Shown piece after piece: positions 53,265-62,126 of a stretch of 64,000 nt of DNA; position 1 is the stretch's first letter, and each line of letters begins with the position of its first letter. The translations under genes and the position numbers were made by a program. The notes below the pieces were generated by a model. It was not told where the DNA came from. It saw nothing but the letters and a program-made list of their open reading frames with translations, and did not search any database. The stretch is from an uncultured Alphaproteobacteria bacterium (GTDB lineage Bacteria > Pseudomonadota > Alphaproteobacteria > Geminicoccales > Geminicoccaceae), in contig CAVRGN010000006.1 in the NCBI GenBank assembly GCA_963720725.1, forward strand, positions 432 to 64,431, written 5' to 3'.

Positions 53265-53855
53265 TCAGCCCATATCGGCCAGCATCGTCACCGCCTTGGC
53301 GATCCAGGCCGGGCGCTGGACACCGGGTGCGCAGCCCCAACGGTCGAGTCGGTCATTGCCGTAGCGCACCATCCCGGTGTGGCTGTCGCGCTCGCCGGCG
53401 AAGTCCGGTTCGCTGTCCTGAAAGCCGGTCGCGCGCCGCAGCTCCGCGATCCGGTCCGGCCGGCCGGTGACGAAGCTCCAGCCGGGCCTTGCGTCCCACA
53501 GCTTCGCATAGTCGCGCAGGATCGGCGGCGTCTCGAGTTCCGGCTGCAGCGTGACCGAGACCATGAAGATGTCCCGTCCCATCCGGTCACGGAGGATGTC
53601 CTGCACCTCGCGCAGGTTCTCGGTGACCAGCGGGCAGGTATCGCCACACGCGGTGTAGAAGAAGTTCAACAGCACCGCCCGGTCGCGGATCAGATCGTCG
53701 TAGAAGGCGAGCTCGCGGCCGGTGTGGTCCACCACAGGCGTGTTGGGTATGGTCGTGCCGGCGGATGCCGGGCGTGCTTCGCCTGTAAGTAGTGAACCTG
53801 CAATGCCACCTGCGAGGGCGACAGCGCCCACGCGCAGAAAATCAACTCTACGCAT
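53265..53855 (-). CDS. SCO1/SenC family copper chaperone
   Basis: FYTACGDTCP (CxxxC), conserved His in DSHTG, RR-type signal. Confidence 0.92.
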   Translation of the reverse strand: MRRVDFLRVGAVALAGGIAGSLLTGEARPASAGTTIPNTPVVDHTGRELAFYDDLIRDRAVLLNFFYTACGDTCPLVTENLREVQDILRDRMGRDIFMVSVTLQPELETPPILRDYAKLWDARPGWSFVTGRPDRIAELRRATGFQDSEPDFAGERDSHTGMVRYGNDRLDRWGCAPGVQRPAWIAKAVTMLADMG

Positions 53856-53980
53856 TGTTTCCGCCTCGTCTTGGCCTGGATAACTACCAGGTTGGTTTCG
53901 ACGCAGGTCTTCTGTATCTATGGGAGCAATGATTGCTCTCGTAGCCCGTCGGAAGACTACTGCATCTACAGAGAGCGGCT

Positions 53981-53997
53981 ATGCACAAGCCGTGCCA
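53981..53997 (-). promoter_or_regulatory. sigma54 (-24/-12) promoter for the SCO-MCO operon
   Basis: Minus strand TGGCACGGCTTGTGCAT (GG-N10-GC), about 125 nt upstream of the SCO start. Confidence 0.7.
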
Positions 53998-54230
53998 ACT
54001 GTCCGATCGACCGAACCGATCCATTTTGCGCCGTGCGATGCAGCGGTTTGATCGCCGAGCCGGGGTTTTTCACCCGCTTCTTTGGAATAGCTCGCGGTCG
54101 GGCTTGTAAGTATCGCGTCTATTCGCATTATGCGCGAGACAACTGGAGCCAGAATAGAACTTGAACGATATTTCTTGTGAAGGTCCGTATCTATCTTCGG
54201 TTTGGACCGGTGTCTGGCGGTTCGCTCGCC

Positions 54231-55610
54231 TCACTCTGCGCGCAATTGGAACTTCTCGACCCGATAGCGCATGGCGTCCCGAGACATCCCGAGCAGCCGG
54301 CCCGCATGGGTCATGTTCCACGCCGTGCGCTCGAGCGCCTGAAGGGTGAGGTCGCGCTCGAGCTGCTCGAGGTCGATGCCCCCTGCGGGCAGCACGAAGC
54401 CGGCCCCGCCCCCCTGGGGGGGTGACGGGATCAGCATTGGGAACGCGCCCGCGTCAAGATCGCCGCCGCCGCTGGCGAAGACCACGACCTGTTCCAGCAT
54501 GTTACGGAGTTCGCGGACGTTGCCGGGCCAGTCATGGGCCAGCAGCGCGGCACACGCATCCTCGGTCAATCTGGATACCGCATGGCCGTAGGATCGAGCA
54601 TGAAGCTCCAGGAAATGGCCGGCGAGCATGAGCACGTCGTCGCCACGTTCGCGCAGGGGCGGTGAGTGGAGCCCGATGATCGACAACCGGAAGAACAGAT
54701 CGGCGCGGAACCGGCCTGCGTCGACCAGTTCGCGCAGCGGACGGTTGGTCGCCGCCACGACCCGTACATCGATCGGACGCTCCCGTACCGCGCCCAGGCG
54801 GCGCACGGTGCGGCTCTCCAGAACCCGCAGCAATTTGGCCTGCAGCCCCAGGTCGAGTTCGCCGACCTCGTCGAGGAACAGCGTTCCACCGCTCGCGGCC
54901 TCGATCAAGCCGATCCGCTTTTCCCTGGCATCCGTGAACGCGCCGCGCTCGTGCCCGAAGAGCTCGCCCTCGACGATCGACGGCGGCAGCGCCGCGCAGT
55001 TCAGTTCGATGAATGGGCCGGCTGCGCGCGGACCGTCGAAATGGAGCGCCCGGGCGATCAGCTCCTTGCCCGATCCGGTTTCCCCGCCGATCAGCACCGA
55101 GGGTGGCGGTCCCTGCATCGCCGCCTCGGCGTCGAGGAGCTGTCGGATTCGCCTCCGCAACGCCTGAATGGCGGCACTCTCTCCGAGAATGGCGCCGAGA
55201 TCTCCCGAGCTTCGGCGCCGATAATAGGCCAGGGCACCCCCGGCCCGGTCGTCCTGCAAGGCGCGGTCGATGACCCGGCGCAGCTCGCTCAGCACGACCG
55301 GTTTGGTCAGATATTCGTAGGCGCCGGCCCTCATGGCCTCCACGGCGGTCTGAACGCTGCCGTGCGCGGTGAGCATGATCGCGTGGATCGAAGGGTCACG
55401 TTGGCGCAGCTCCCGCAGCAGCGTCAGCCCGTCCATGCCCGGCAGCCGCAGGTCGAGCACCACCACGTCGGGGTGGAAATTCTCGAGTGCCAGCAGGGCC
55501 GCCTCACCGTCGGCGCAGACTCGCGCGTCGAAGCCCTCGACGACCAGGTATTCCTTGAGGTTGCGGGCGAGGGACGCCTCGTCTTCGACGATCAGTGCGC
55601 CGTAGGCCAT
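54231..55610 (-). CDS. NtrC-family sigma54-dependent response regulator
   Basis: Receiver domain, GETGSGKE, ELFGHERGAFTDA, LFLDEV, HDWPGNVREL, Fis-type HTH. Confidence 0.96.
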   Translation of the reverse strand: MAYGALIVEDEASLARNLKEYLVVEGFDARVCADGEAALLALENFHPDVVVLDLRLPGMDGLTLLRELRQRDPSIHAIMLTAHGSVQTAVEAMRAGAYEYLTKPVVLSELRRVIDRALQDDRAGGALAYYRRRSSGDLGAILGESAAIQALRRRIRQLLDAEAAMQGPPPSVLIGGETGSGKELIARALHFDGPRAAGPFIELNCAALPPSIVEGELFGHERGAFTDAREKRIGLIEAASGGTLFLDEVGELDLGLQAKLLRVLESRTVRRLGAVRERPIDVRVVAATNRPLRELVDAGRFRADLFFRLSIIGLHSPPLRERGDDVLMLAGHFLELHARSYGHAVSRLTEDACAALLAHDWPGNVRELRNMLEQVVVFASGGGDLDAGAFPMLIPSPPQGGGAGFVLPAGGIDLEQLERDLTLQALERTAWNMTHAGRLLGMSRDAMRYRVEKFQLRAE

Positions 55611-55996
55611 GCCTTGCCAGCTGCCTCCCGCGCCTGCGCGACAACACGTCCGAGCTCGCTGAGCGCCAATGGCTTGGGCAGGAAATCGTAAGCACCCGCG
55701 GCGAGCACGGCCGCCCCGGTGTCTGCGCTGCCATGCGCGGTTACCACGATCACCTTAACGGCCGGCTCCAATACCTGCAATCGTGCGAGGACGGCGAGAC
55801 CGTCGATGCCCGGCAAGCGCATGTCCAACACCACTACCGGGTGGGCGCGCGCCGCGAACAGCTCCAATCCCAACTCGCCGTCCGGGCACACATCGGCTTC
55901 CAGGCCATCGACCTCGAGATATTCCTTGATGTTGCGGGCCAGAGAAAGCTCGTCGTCGATCACCAGGACATCGTAGGGCATGATCGCGTCCGTCAT
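55592..55996 (-). CDS. Stand-alone receiver domain response regulator
   Basis: IDDE, VVLDMRLPG, TAHG, KP. Confidence 0.9.
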   Translation of the reverse strand: MTDAIMPYDVLVIDDELSLARNIKEYLEVDGLEADVCPDGELGLELFAARAHPVVVLDMRLPGIDGLAVLARLQVLEPAVKVIVVTAHGSADTGAAVLAAGAYDFLPKPLALSELGRVVAQAREAAGKAWPTAH

Positions 55997-57447
55997 GGCG
56001 CAATAGGTAGGGTGAGCGACACGGTGGTACCGTGCCCGAGCTTGCTTTCGATGGCAATCCGCCCGGCATGGCGGGCCAGAATCCGTCGGGTCAAGGCCAA
56101 GCCGAGGCCGAGGCCGGACTGTTTGGACGTGACGAACGGTTCGAACGCGCGCCGCAGCTGGCTCTCGTCCATGCCGCGCCCATTGTCGGCGACGCTCAGC
56201 GTCACGCTTCCACCTCCCGCCGACCCGGCGATCCGGATAACGCCGCCTTCCGGCATGGCCTGCATGGCGTTGGTGGCGATGCCGTTCAGGACCTGCTCGA
56301 GCAGGGCGCCGCCGATGGCGACGGGCGGCAGCGCCGACGGAAGCTGATTGTTCCAGGCGATCCCCTGCCGCTCGAGCTGATCCGCAAGATTGGCCCGGAC
56401 GGCCTCGACCACGGCCCCGACCTGCTCGCAGCGGTCTGCCGAGTTCGGCTCGGCAGCGGTCAGGTATTGTCGCACCCAGTGCTCGAGCCGGTCCGCCTGC
56501 AGCACGATGTCCTCGAGCAATGGGACGGTCCGCTCGGCCGACCGCAAGCGCAGCGCGAGCTCGGCCGAAGAGCGGATGACCGCCAGCGGATTGCGCAAGC
56601 CGTGCGCTACCGCCGCCGCCATCTCGCCGGCCGTGGCCAATCGTTCGCCATCGGCTATGGCCTGAGCCTGGCGCCGGATCATGCGATCGGCATAGGCGAC
56701 CAGCGAGCCGAGGGCGGCGATGATCAGCAGGGCACCCGCCGCGGCGCCGAGATAGACCAGCCGCTGCCCGGTACTGATCCGATCGAAGAGATCCTTGGGC
56801 GTGCGGTAGACCTCGGCGACCGCGACGACGGGCTGGCGCAAGTCGCCGTCGCGATACATCGGCATGTAGTTCTCGACGAACTGCGTGCCGGGCGAGGCGA
56901 GTCCGACATGCTCGTCCTTGTCGTCGTCGGTGATCCGCGCGACTTCCGCCTGCGGTTCCCCTTCAACGGCCTCCGCCAGCTCGTCATTGCCCGTGAACTG
57001 GCGTCCGACGATCGACGGTTCGGTCGACCAGTAGACCGTCCCGTCGAGCAGATAGATGTTGGCCCGGAGGATATCGGGCATCTGGCCGACCTGAGCGAAG
57101 AACTTCGCCAATGCAGGTGGGACCGGCCGCTCGGGGGATGCCGTGAACGCCGTGTCGGCACCCTCGAAAGCGAACAGATGGTTGATGAATTCCGTGGTCA
57201 GTCGGCCATCGAGGTTCAGCAAGCTCTCGGTCACGTAGCGCGACAGCAGCGCCGCCGACGCCAGGCTCACGGCCGTCACCGAGAGCAGGCTCAGCAGGAG
57301 GAACCAAATCAGCAGGCGAAATCGCCCCGCCGTCGATCTGCTCCGGCTCCGCTCGGCGGCATGGTGTGTCGCTGTGGTGTGTTCCTCCTTGAGCGGCGCC
57401 TCCTTGCGAGCGATGCCCTCGAGGGCTGGCTGGGATCCGTTGGTCAT
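55993..57447 (-). CDS. Membrane sensor histidine kinase
   Basis: Two TM helices around a periplasmic domain; AHGLRNPL, NAMQAM, DNGRG, F box PFVTSK, GLGLGL. Confidence 0.94.
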   Translation of the reverse strand: MTNGSQPALEGIARKEAPLKEEHTTATHHAAERSRSRSTAGRFRLLIWFLLLSLLSVTAVSLASAALLSRYVTESLLNLDGRLTTEFINHLFAFEGADTAFTASPERPVPPALAKFFAQVGQMPDILRANIYLLDGTVYWSTEPSIVGRQFTGNDELAEAVEGEPQAEVARITDDDKDEHVGLASPGTQFVENYMPMYRDGDLRQPVVAVAEVYRTPKDLFDRISTGQRLVYLGAAAGALLIIAALGSLVAYADRMIRRQAQAIADGERLATAGEMAAAVAHGLRNPLAVIRSSAELALRLRSAERTVPLLEDIVLQADRLEHWVRQYLTAAEPNSADRCEQVGAVVEAVRANLADQLERQGIAWNNQLPSALPPVAIGGALLEQVLNGIATNAMQAMPEGGVIRIAGSAGGGSVTLSVADNGRGMDESQLRRAFEPFVTSKQSGLGLGLALTRRILARHAGRIAIESKLGHGTTVSLTLPIAP

Positions 57448-57613
57448 TGTTATTGTCCGGGTCCGACGTGGAAGAGCAACCGGCGCGTGGCACGTGCCCG
57501 CGTCTGGGGGCGGATAGATGAAAGCCGCAGATGGCCGGAGATCGGCCCGCAAGAGAGTGCGTCACCGGTGGCGCCAACATGCTTGCGGCCGTCCGGGCCG
57601 GCTTGGCCACACC

Positions 57614-57630
57614 ATGCACGTCACGTGCCA
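57614..57630 (-). promoter_or_regulatory. sigma54 (-24/-12) promoter for the kinase-regulator operon
   Basis: Minus strand TGGCACGTGACGTGCAT, same TGGCACG-N4-GTGCAT form as 53981-53997. Confidence 0.6.
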
Positions 57631-57764
57631 CGGCCACCTTCGCGGTCCCGGCCGGCATCGGCGCGCCTTCTGTCTCGCGACCTGCGTTCGGGATGCGAAC
57701 TCGTCCGCGGAGACCGCGCGGATTTCCCCGCAAGCACGGCATGGTCTGCGCTGCGGCCCGGGCT

Positions 57765-58103
57765 TCAGAGGGGGACGGCGGGAGAGCGCCACTGACCTTC
57801 CGTGCTACGGCAGGCTGTCGCCTGGGATACCGATCCGCTCCCGTCCACATGGCGTGTCGTGACCTGGTAGTCCCTGCAGAAGAGCGCGGCGTTCTTGAAG
57901 GTGCGGAGCGGCGTGATCGTGCCAGACAGGCCGCCTGCCGCATCGTTCCAGGCGACGAGTTCCCCGCTCGGGGTGGTGGTGAGCGTGTATTGAACCACCA
58001 CGTCCGGGACGGCGGTCCCGGACGTGGTCACGTCGCCGCCTCGGGTGGCGCAGGCGGTCAGCATGACGATCCAACCGACGGCCACGATCGCCCTGGGGCT
58101 CAT
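57765..58103 (-). CDS. Lipoprotein with 17 kDa surface-antigen-like (RT0821/Lpp0805-type) domain
   Basis: Lipobox LTAC; SG..VAW, GTITPLRTF, CRDY, ACR..GQW. Confidence 0.78.
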   Translation of the reverse strand: MSPRAIVAVGWIVMLTACATRGGDVTTSGTAVPDVVVQYTLTTTPSGELVAWNDAAGGLSGTITPLRTFKNAALFCRDYQVTTRHVDGSGSVSQATACRSTEGQWRSPAVPL

Positions 58104-59003
58104 TGCCAGCCACCTCGGATCAACGCGGCTTCCTGTTCCGGCGACAGGTCCCCGCTCACCTGATGCGGCGCGCGGGCAGTGGCCGGGTTGGCGCCGCCGT
58201 GAGGTTTGGTGACGGTGACGCCATGCTCCACCTCGACCTCGAGCCGACCTTGACGATCGACGGTCACCTGCCGTGCCGGCTGGCCCGCGACCTCCACGGC
58301 TCGAACACCCGTGACGGCACCTGGCTGCCGGACCGCATCCTCGCCGTGGGGCTTGACCGTCACGGTGCGTACGCCGTGCTCGATTTCCACCTCGACCTCG
58401 AGCACGCGGCCGAGGTCGTCCACCAGAACGCGGTCGCCGCTCAAGACACCATCGATGTCGCGATCGCGGAGCTCGACTTCTGCGCGACCTTGACGGCGAC
58501 CGGAATCGTCGGTGCCGCTGCGACCGGTGCCGGACCTTTCGCCATCGTCGCTGCGATCGCCCGATCCGGAGCTGCCACCATCATCGCTGCCGCTGCGGCC
58601 CGATCCGGAGCTGCCGCCATCATCGCTGCCGCTGCGGCCCGAGCCGGAGCTGCCGCCGTCATCGCTGCCACCGCCCGAACCGGACCCGCCACCATCGTCG
58701 CTGCCGCCGCCGGAGCCGGAACTGCCGCCGTCGTCACTGCCGCCGCCAGAGTCGAGAGCCGCCGCCATCGTCGCTGCCGCCGCCGGAGTGAGAGCCGCCG
58801 CCGTCACCTCCGCGACCCGAGCCGCCGCCGTCGCCGCCACGACCCGACCCGCCGCCCTTGCCGCTGTCCGCCAGCGCGGTGGACCAAGCCATGGCAAGGC
58901 CATTCTTGTCGGTTGGCACGAACTTGACGGGCACTGTGACGGCACTGGCAGCCAGCAATGCCATGATTCCAACCTGTGCCATCAGGGCGCTGCGCATCTT
59001 CAT
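58100..59003 (-). CDS. Secreted Gly/Ser/Asp-repeat protein, frameshift near 58753
   Basis: ATG 59003 with GGAGAG upstream and a signal ending ALA; repeat unit TCTCACTCC becomes TCTCGACTCT (+1), switching to the frame of track ORF 58100-58972. Confidence 0.75.
58500..58860 (-). repeat. Coding tandem repeat (GGSDDG, 36-39 nt period)
   Basis: Seven SDDG units plus one TDDS, preceded by two GGSGRGGDG units. Confidence 0.9.
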
Positions 59004-59158
59004 GATAACTCTCCGCTCGGCCTGTCGCGGCAGCGTGAGCGCCGCCATGCCGAGACAACCCTTGGCGGCCGAATTTCCTTCCGCGCCCGTCGTAGAAGAA
59101 TTTTTAAAAGATGCCGGACGAAAGTCTGTCGAGAGGTGTTTTCGAGCAGAGCGATTAC

Positions 59159-59707
59159 ATGAGCGCTGCGGCAGACCATGATATGGCCAGAACGGCAGAT
59201 GACGAGGTTCGCGAGCAGATGGTGGCGTTGATGCCGCGGCTGAGGCGCTTCGCGCTGCTGCTCACGGCGTCCCGCGCCGACGCGGACGACCTCGTCCAGG
59301 CGGCCCTGGAGCGCGCCATCCAGCGGCTCGATCTGTGGCAGCGGGGCACGGCGCTCGACCGCTGGCTGTTCAAGGTCGCGCACAATCTGCATCGCAACCA
59401 GCGTCGCGACTTTGCGACCCGTCTGCGGCTGGTCCAGCGGCACGGGGAGACCATGGACTTCGCGGAGGACGGCGCAAGACGGGCGGAAGCTGCGACGGAG
59501 TTGGCCGAGGTGCGCCAGCGCATGCTCGCGCTGCCAGAGGAACAACGGTCCGTGCTGACGCTGATCGCCATCGAGGGCTTCTCCTACCAGGAGGCAGCTG
59601 ATTTGCTGGAACTGCCGATCGGCACCGTCACGAGCCGTCTAGGTCGCGCCCGCGATGCTCTGCGGGCCGCCCTGGCGGGCCACGACAAGCAGTTGGAGTC
59701 GGCATGA
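59159..59707 (+). CDS. ECF RNA polymerase sigma factor
   Basis: PRLRRFA, DADDLVQ, WLFKVAHN, FSYQEAADLLELPIGTVTSRLGRAR; start 59159 or 59111. Confidence 0.95.
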   Translation: MSAAADHDMARTADDEVREQMVALMPRLRRFALLLTASRADADDLVQAALERAIQRLDLWQRGTALDRWLFKVAHNLHRNQRRDFATRLRLVQRHGETMDFAEDGARRAEAATELAEVRQRMLALPEEQRSVLTLIAIEGFSYQEAADLLELPIGTVTSRLGRARDALRAALAGHDKQLESA

Positions 59708-60327
59708 TGGATGACGAGCGCAAGGTCGTGCTCATGTGCATGGTGGATGGCGAAGTCGATCGATCCGACGCCGCTGCGCTGGCCCGAGGCAGGCAGCTGT
59801 CGACGGAAGATTGCGAATATGTCGCAATGCTGGTGGCCGAGCGGGCGCTGCTCAAGGCGGCGTTTCCGGTCGAGCGATCGGCCAGTGCCGCGGACCAGCG
59901 CATGCTCGACCGAGCGGTCGCGAGAAGGCCCCGGACCCGAATTTCCTGGCGCATCGCCGCCCCTCTCGCCGCCTCGATCCTGGCCATCGCGGTGATGGCA
60001 GGTGGAACGGTGCTGCTGGCCGAGCACCGCGCGGAGCAGACCGCTGCCCGGCTGTTCGCCTCGTTCGCCGACGACCAGAAGCTGCGGCTCGCAGCGTTCG
60101 CCGAGGCACTCGATCGGACCATCTCCGGGCAGAGCGTTGCCTGGCGCAACTCCGAAAGCGGCAGCCGTGGCACGGTCACGCCGCTGCGGACCTTCCAGGC
60201 GGCCGATGGCCGCTGGTGCCGGGAGTATCGCCAGCAATTGCAGGTTCCAGGCGGGGACGAGCAAATGACCGGCATTGCCTGCCGCGAGGACGGTGGCTGG
60301 CTGCCGATGGGTCCGCAAGAGTCTTAG
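59704..60327 (+). CDS. Anti-sigma factor with periplasmic surface-antigen-like domain
   Basis: N-terminal LMCMVDGEV, a TM helix, then SGQSVAWRN..SRGTVTPLRTF...WCREY...ACR.DGGW; overlaps the sigma stop. Confidence 0.8.
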   Translation: MMDDERKVVLMCMVDGEVDRSDAAALARGRQLSTEDCEYVAMLVAERALLKAAFPVERSASAADQRMLDRAVARRPRTRISWRIAAPLAASILAIAVMAGGTVLLAEHRAEQTAARLFASFADDQKLRLAAFAEALDRTISGQSVAWRNSESGSRGTVTPLRTFQAADGRWCREYRQQLQVPGGDEQMTGIACREDGGWLPMGPQES

Positions 60328-60329
60328 CC

Positions 60330-60600
60330 AGCGCAGGCGGCGAACATCGCCTAACAGCACACGGTTCGCCGCCGAGCGCGCTATCGGGCCGCCTCAATCG
60401 CGCCTGATGGCCGCTGGTCGAGATCGCATGCGCACTCGGCACATGAGCCGGATCGGGTGCTCGAAACGGTGGTCCTCGATGAACCGGAACCTCTCTGCTC
60501 GCCGCTTCCGAGTAGGTGGCAAAGTCCTTCCTCTAACGTCACGTACCTTACGCGCCCGGTCGAGTTCGCGCGCCAGGCGCCCGATCTCAGCCGATGTCGG
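60330..60600 (-). mobile_element. Degenerate IS3-family remnant (OrfA end/OrfB start)
   Basis: AEIGRLARELDRARKVRD, RFRFIEDHRFEHPIRLMCRV, then ARSAANRVLLGDVRRL after a stop. Confidence 0.7.
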
Positions 60601-60635
60601 CATGAGGAGGTGGACCAGGTCCGCGCTGGCGGCGC

Positions 60636-62126
60636 CTATTCCGCCCGCGACGGCCGTAGCCGGATTCGCTGCCGCAGCGGTCCCGCTGCGATTCGCCGAG
60701 CGGACCGGAGCCAATGGCGCACCTCACCGGCCAAGGGATGCTCCAGCGTCAGGATCGCGCCGAGCCAGCCCGCGACGGCCGCAAGGCCAGCCAGCGCCGC
60801 GATGGGCAGGCTCGCCTGCAGGACGGACCCGGCTGCCGCGAGGACCGTGGCGGCCGGGGCGGCGGCGCAGGCGGTGGCGATGGCGCCCGGCCGGATCGCG
60901 GCCAGCAGCTGGCGCCAGGTGAAGCCGGTGGCGCGGCGCACGAAGCGCAGCGCCACCGCCATCTGCAGAGCGGCGCAGGTGGAGATCGCCGCGGCCGTGG
61001 CGTCGACGCCCCACATCGCGGCGACCCCGACGATGAGGAGCGAGGGTGGCAGGGAAATCAGGCTGGCGGTGAGGGTGTCGCGCACCCGGCCCACCGCGAC
61101 CAGGGTCGGGAAGGTGAGGAACCCGGCGAACAGGAACAGATAGCCGACGGTCAGGATGCGGATGACCCGCGCCGCCTCGGTCCATTGCGCGCCGAGCACC
61201 ACGTCGACGATGGGCTCGGCGAGCAGGAAGACGCCGACCAGGAACGGCCATTGGACCGTGACCCCGAGGTCGACCCCGCGCAGATAGACGGAACGCACTT
61301 CGCCGTCGCCGCGCGCGCGGCGGGCCAGCGCCGGCAGCAGCACGGGGCTCAGCACGCTGACGACGAGCCGATCCTGCAGCTGGCACAAGGTGGCGGCCCG
61401 GTTGAACAGACCTGTCGCGTCCAACCCCACGAACCGGCCGAGGGCGAGCTGCGGCAGCATGGTGTAGAGCATGTTCAGCAGGTTGGTGGCGCTGGCCGTG
61501 CCGCCGAACGCCACCACCTCGCGCCAGCCCGCCAGATTGGGTCGGAAGATCCAGGCGCCCGGCCCCAGCATCGTGACCGCGACGGCGCTGCCCAGCTGGT
61601 AGGCGACCATCGCCAGGACGAGACTGAGATAGCCCTGGCCGAGCAGACCCAGGGCGAGCGCGGTGGTCAGTTGCGCCAGCGACCCGGTCAGGTTGACCAG
61701 CGCCACCCGTCCGAACTGCATCTCGCGGCGGAGCAGGCCGAGGCCGGGGCCGCTGAACGGCACCAGGACGAAGCCGATGCTGGTCAGGGACAATGCGGTG
61801 AACAGCCGGTGGTCGCCGTAAAATCTCGCCACCGCCGGCGCGAGCGCCATGACCGCCGCGGCCATGGCCAGGGACAGGAGCAAGCCCACGGTGAAGGCGG
61901 TGCGGATCCGCCCGGCATCCAGCGTCCGCGCCTGGACGAGAAACGCTCCGACACCGAACTCCCGCAGCAATTCGGCCAGCGCCACCAACGCCACCGTCAC
62001 CCCGAAGATACCGAACTCCTCCGGCGTGACGAGCCGTGCCAGCACCGCGGTGATGACCAGGTTGACGAGAATCGCGGCGTAGCGGTCGCACAGCGAGAAC
62101 AGCACCGAACGGCGAAAGCTTGGCAT
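60636..62126 (-). CDS. Polysaccharide flippase (Wzx/PST family)
   Basis: LARLVTPEEFGIFG, LLRREMQF, GLFNRA, GAQWTEAA; about 12 TM helices. Confidence 0.9.
   Translation of the reverse strand: MPSFRRSVLFSLCDRYAAILVNLVITAVLARLVTPEEFGIFGVTVALVALAELLREFGVGAFLVQARTLDAGRIRTAFTVGLLLSLAMAAAVMALAPAVARFYGDHRLFTALSLTSIGFVLVPFSGPGLGLLRREMQFGRVALVNLTGSLAQLTTALALGLLGQGYLSLVLAMVAYQLGSAVAVTMLGPGAWIFRPNLAGWREVVAFGGTASATNLLNMLYTMLPQLALGRFVGLDATGLFNRAATLCQLQDRLVVSVLSPVLLPALARRARGDGEVRSVYLRGVDLGVTVQWPFLVGVFLLAEPIVDVVLGAQWTEAARVIRILTVGYLFLFAGFLTFPTLVAVGRVRDTLTASLISLPPSLLIVGVAAMWGVDATAAAISTCAALQMAVALRFVRRATGFTWRQLLAAIRPGAIATACAAAPAATVLAAAGSVLQASLPIAALAGLAAVAGWLGAILTLEHPLAGEVRHWLRSARRIAAGPLRQRIRLRPSRAE

Noticed and set aside
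53871-54230. Small ORFs (53871-54164 and others) in the AT-richer spacer
   Set aside because: No motifs or start context; the region is better explained as the sigma54 promoter and enhancer zone.
57484-57500. Second sigma54-like site around the palindrome GGCACGTGCC
   Set aside because: GG-N10-GC spacing fits on the minus strand but the flanks (GGGCAC, ACGC) are poor; weaker than 57614-57630.
58500-58860. Regularly spaced repeats that might be a CRISPR array
   Set aside because: Units are degenerate, keep codon phase, encode GSDDG and have no unique spacers; no cas genes in the window.
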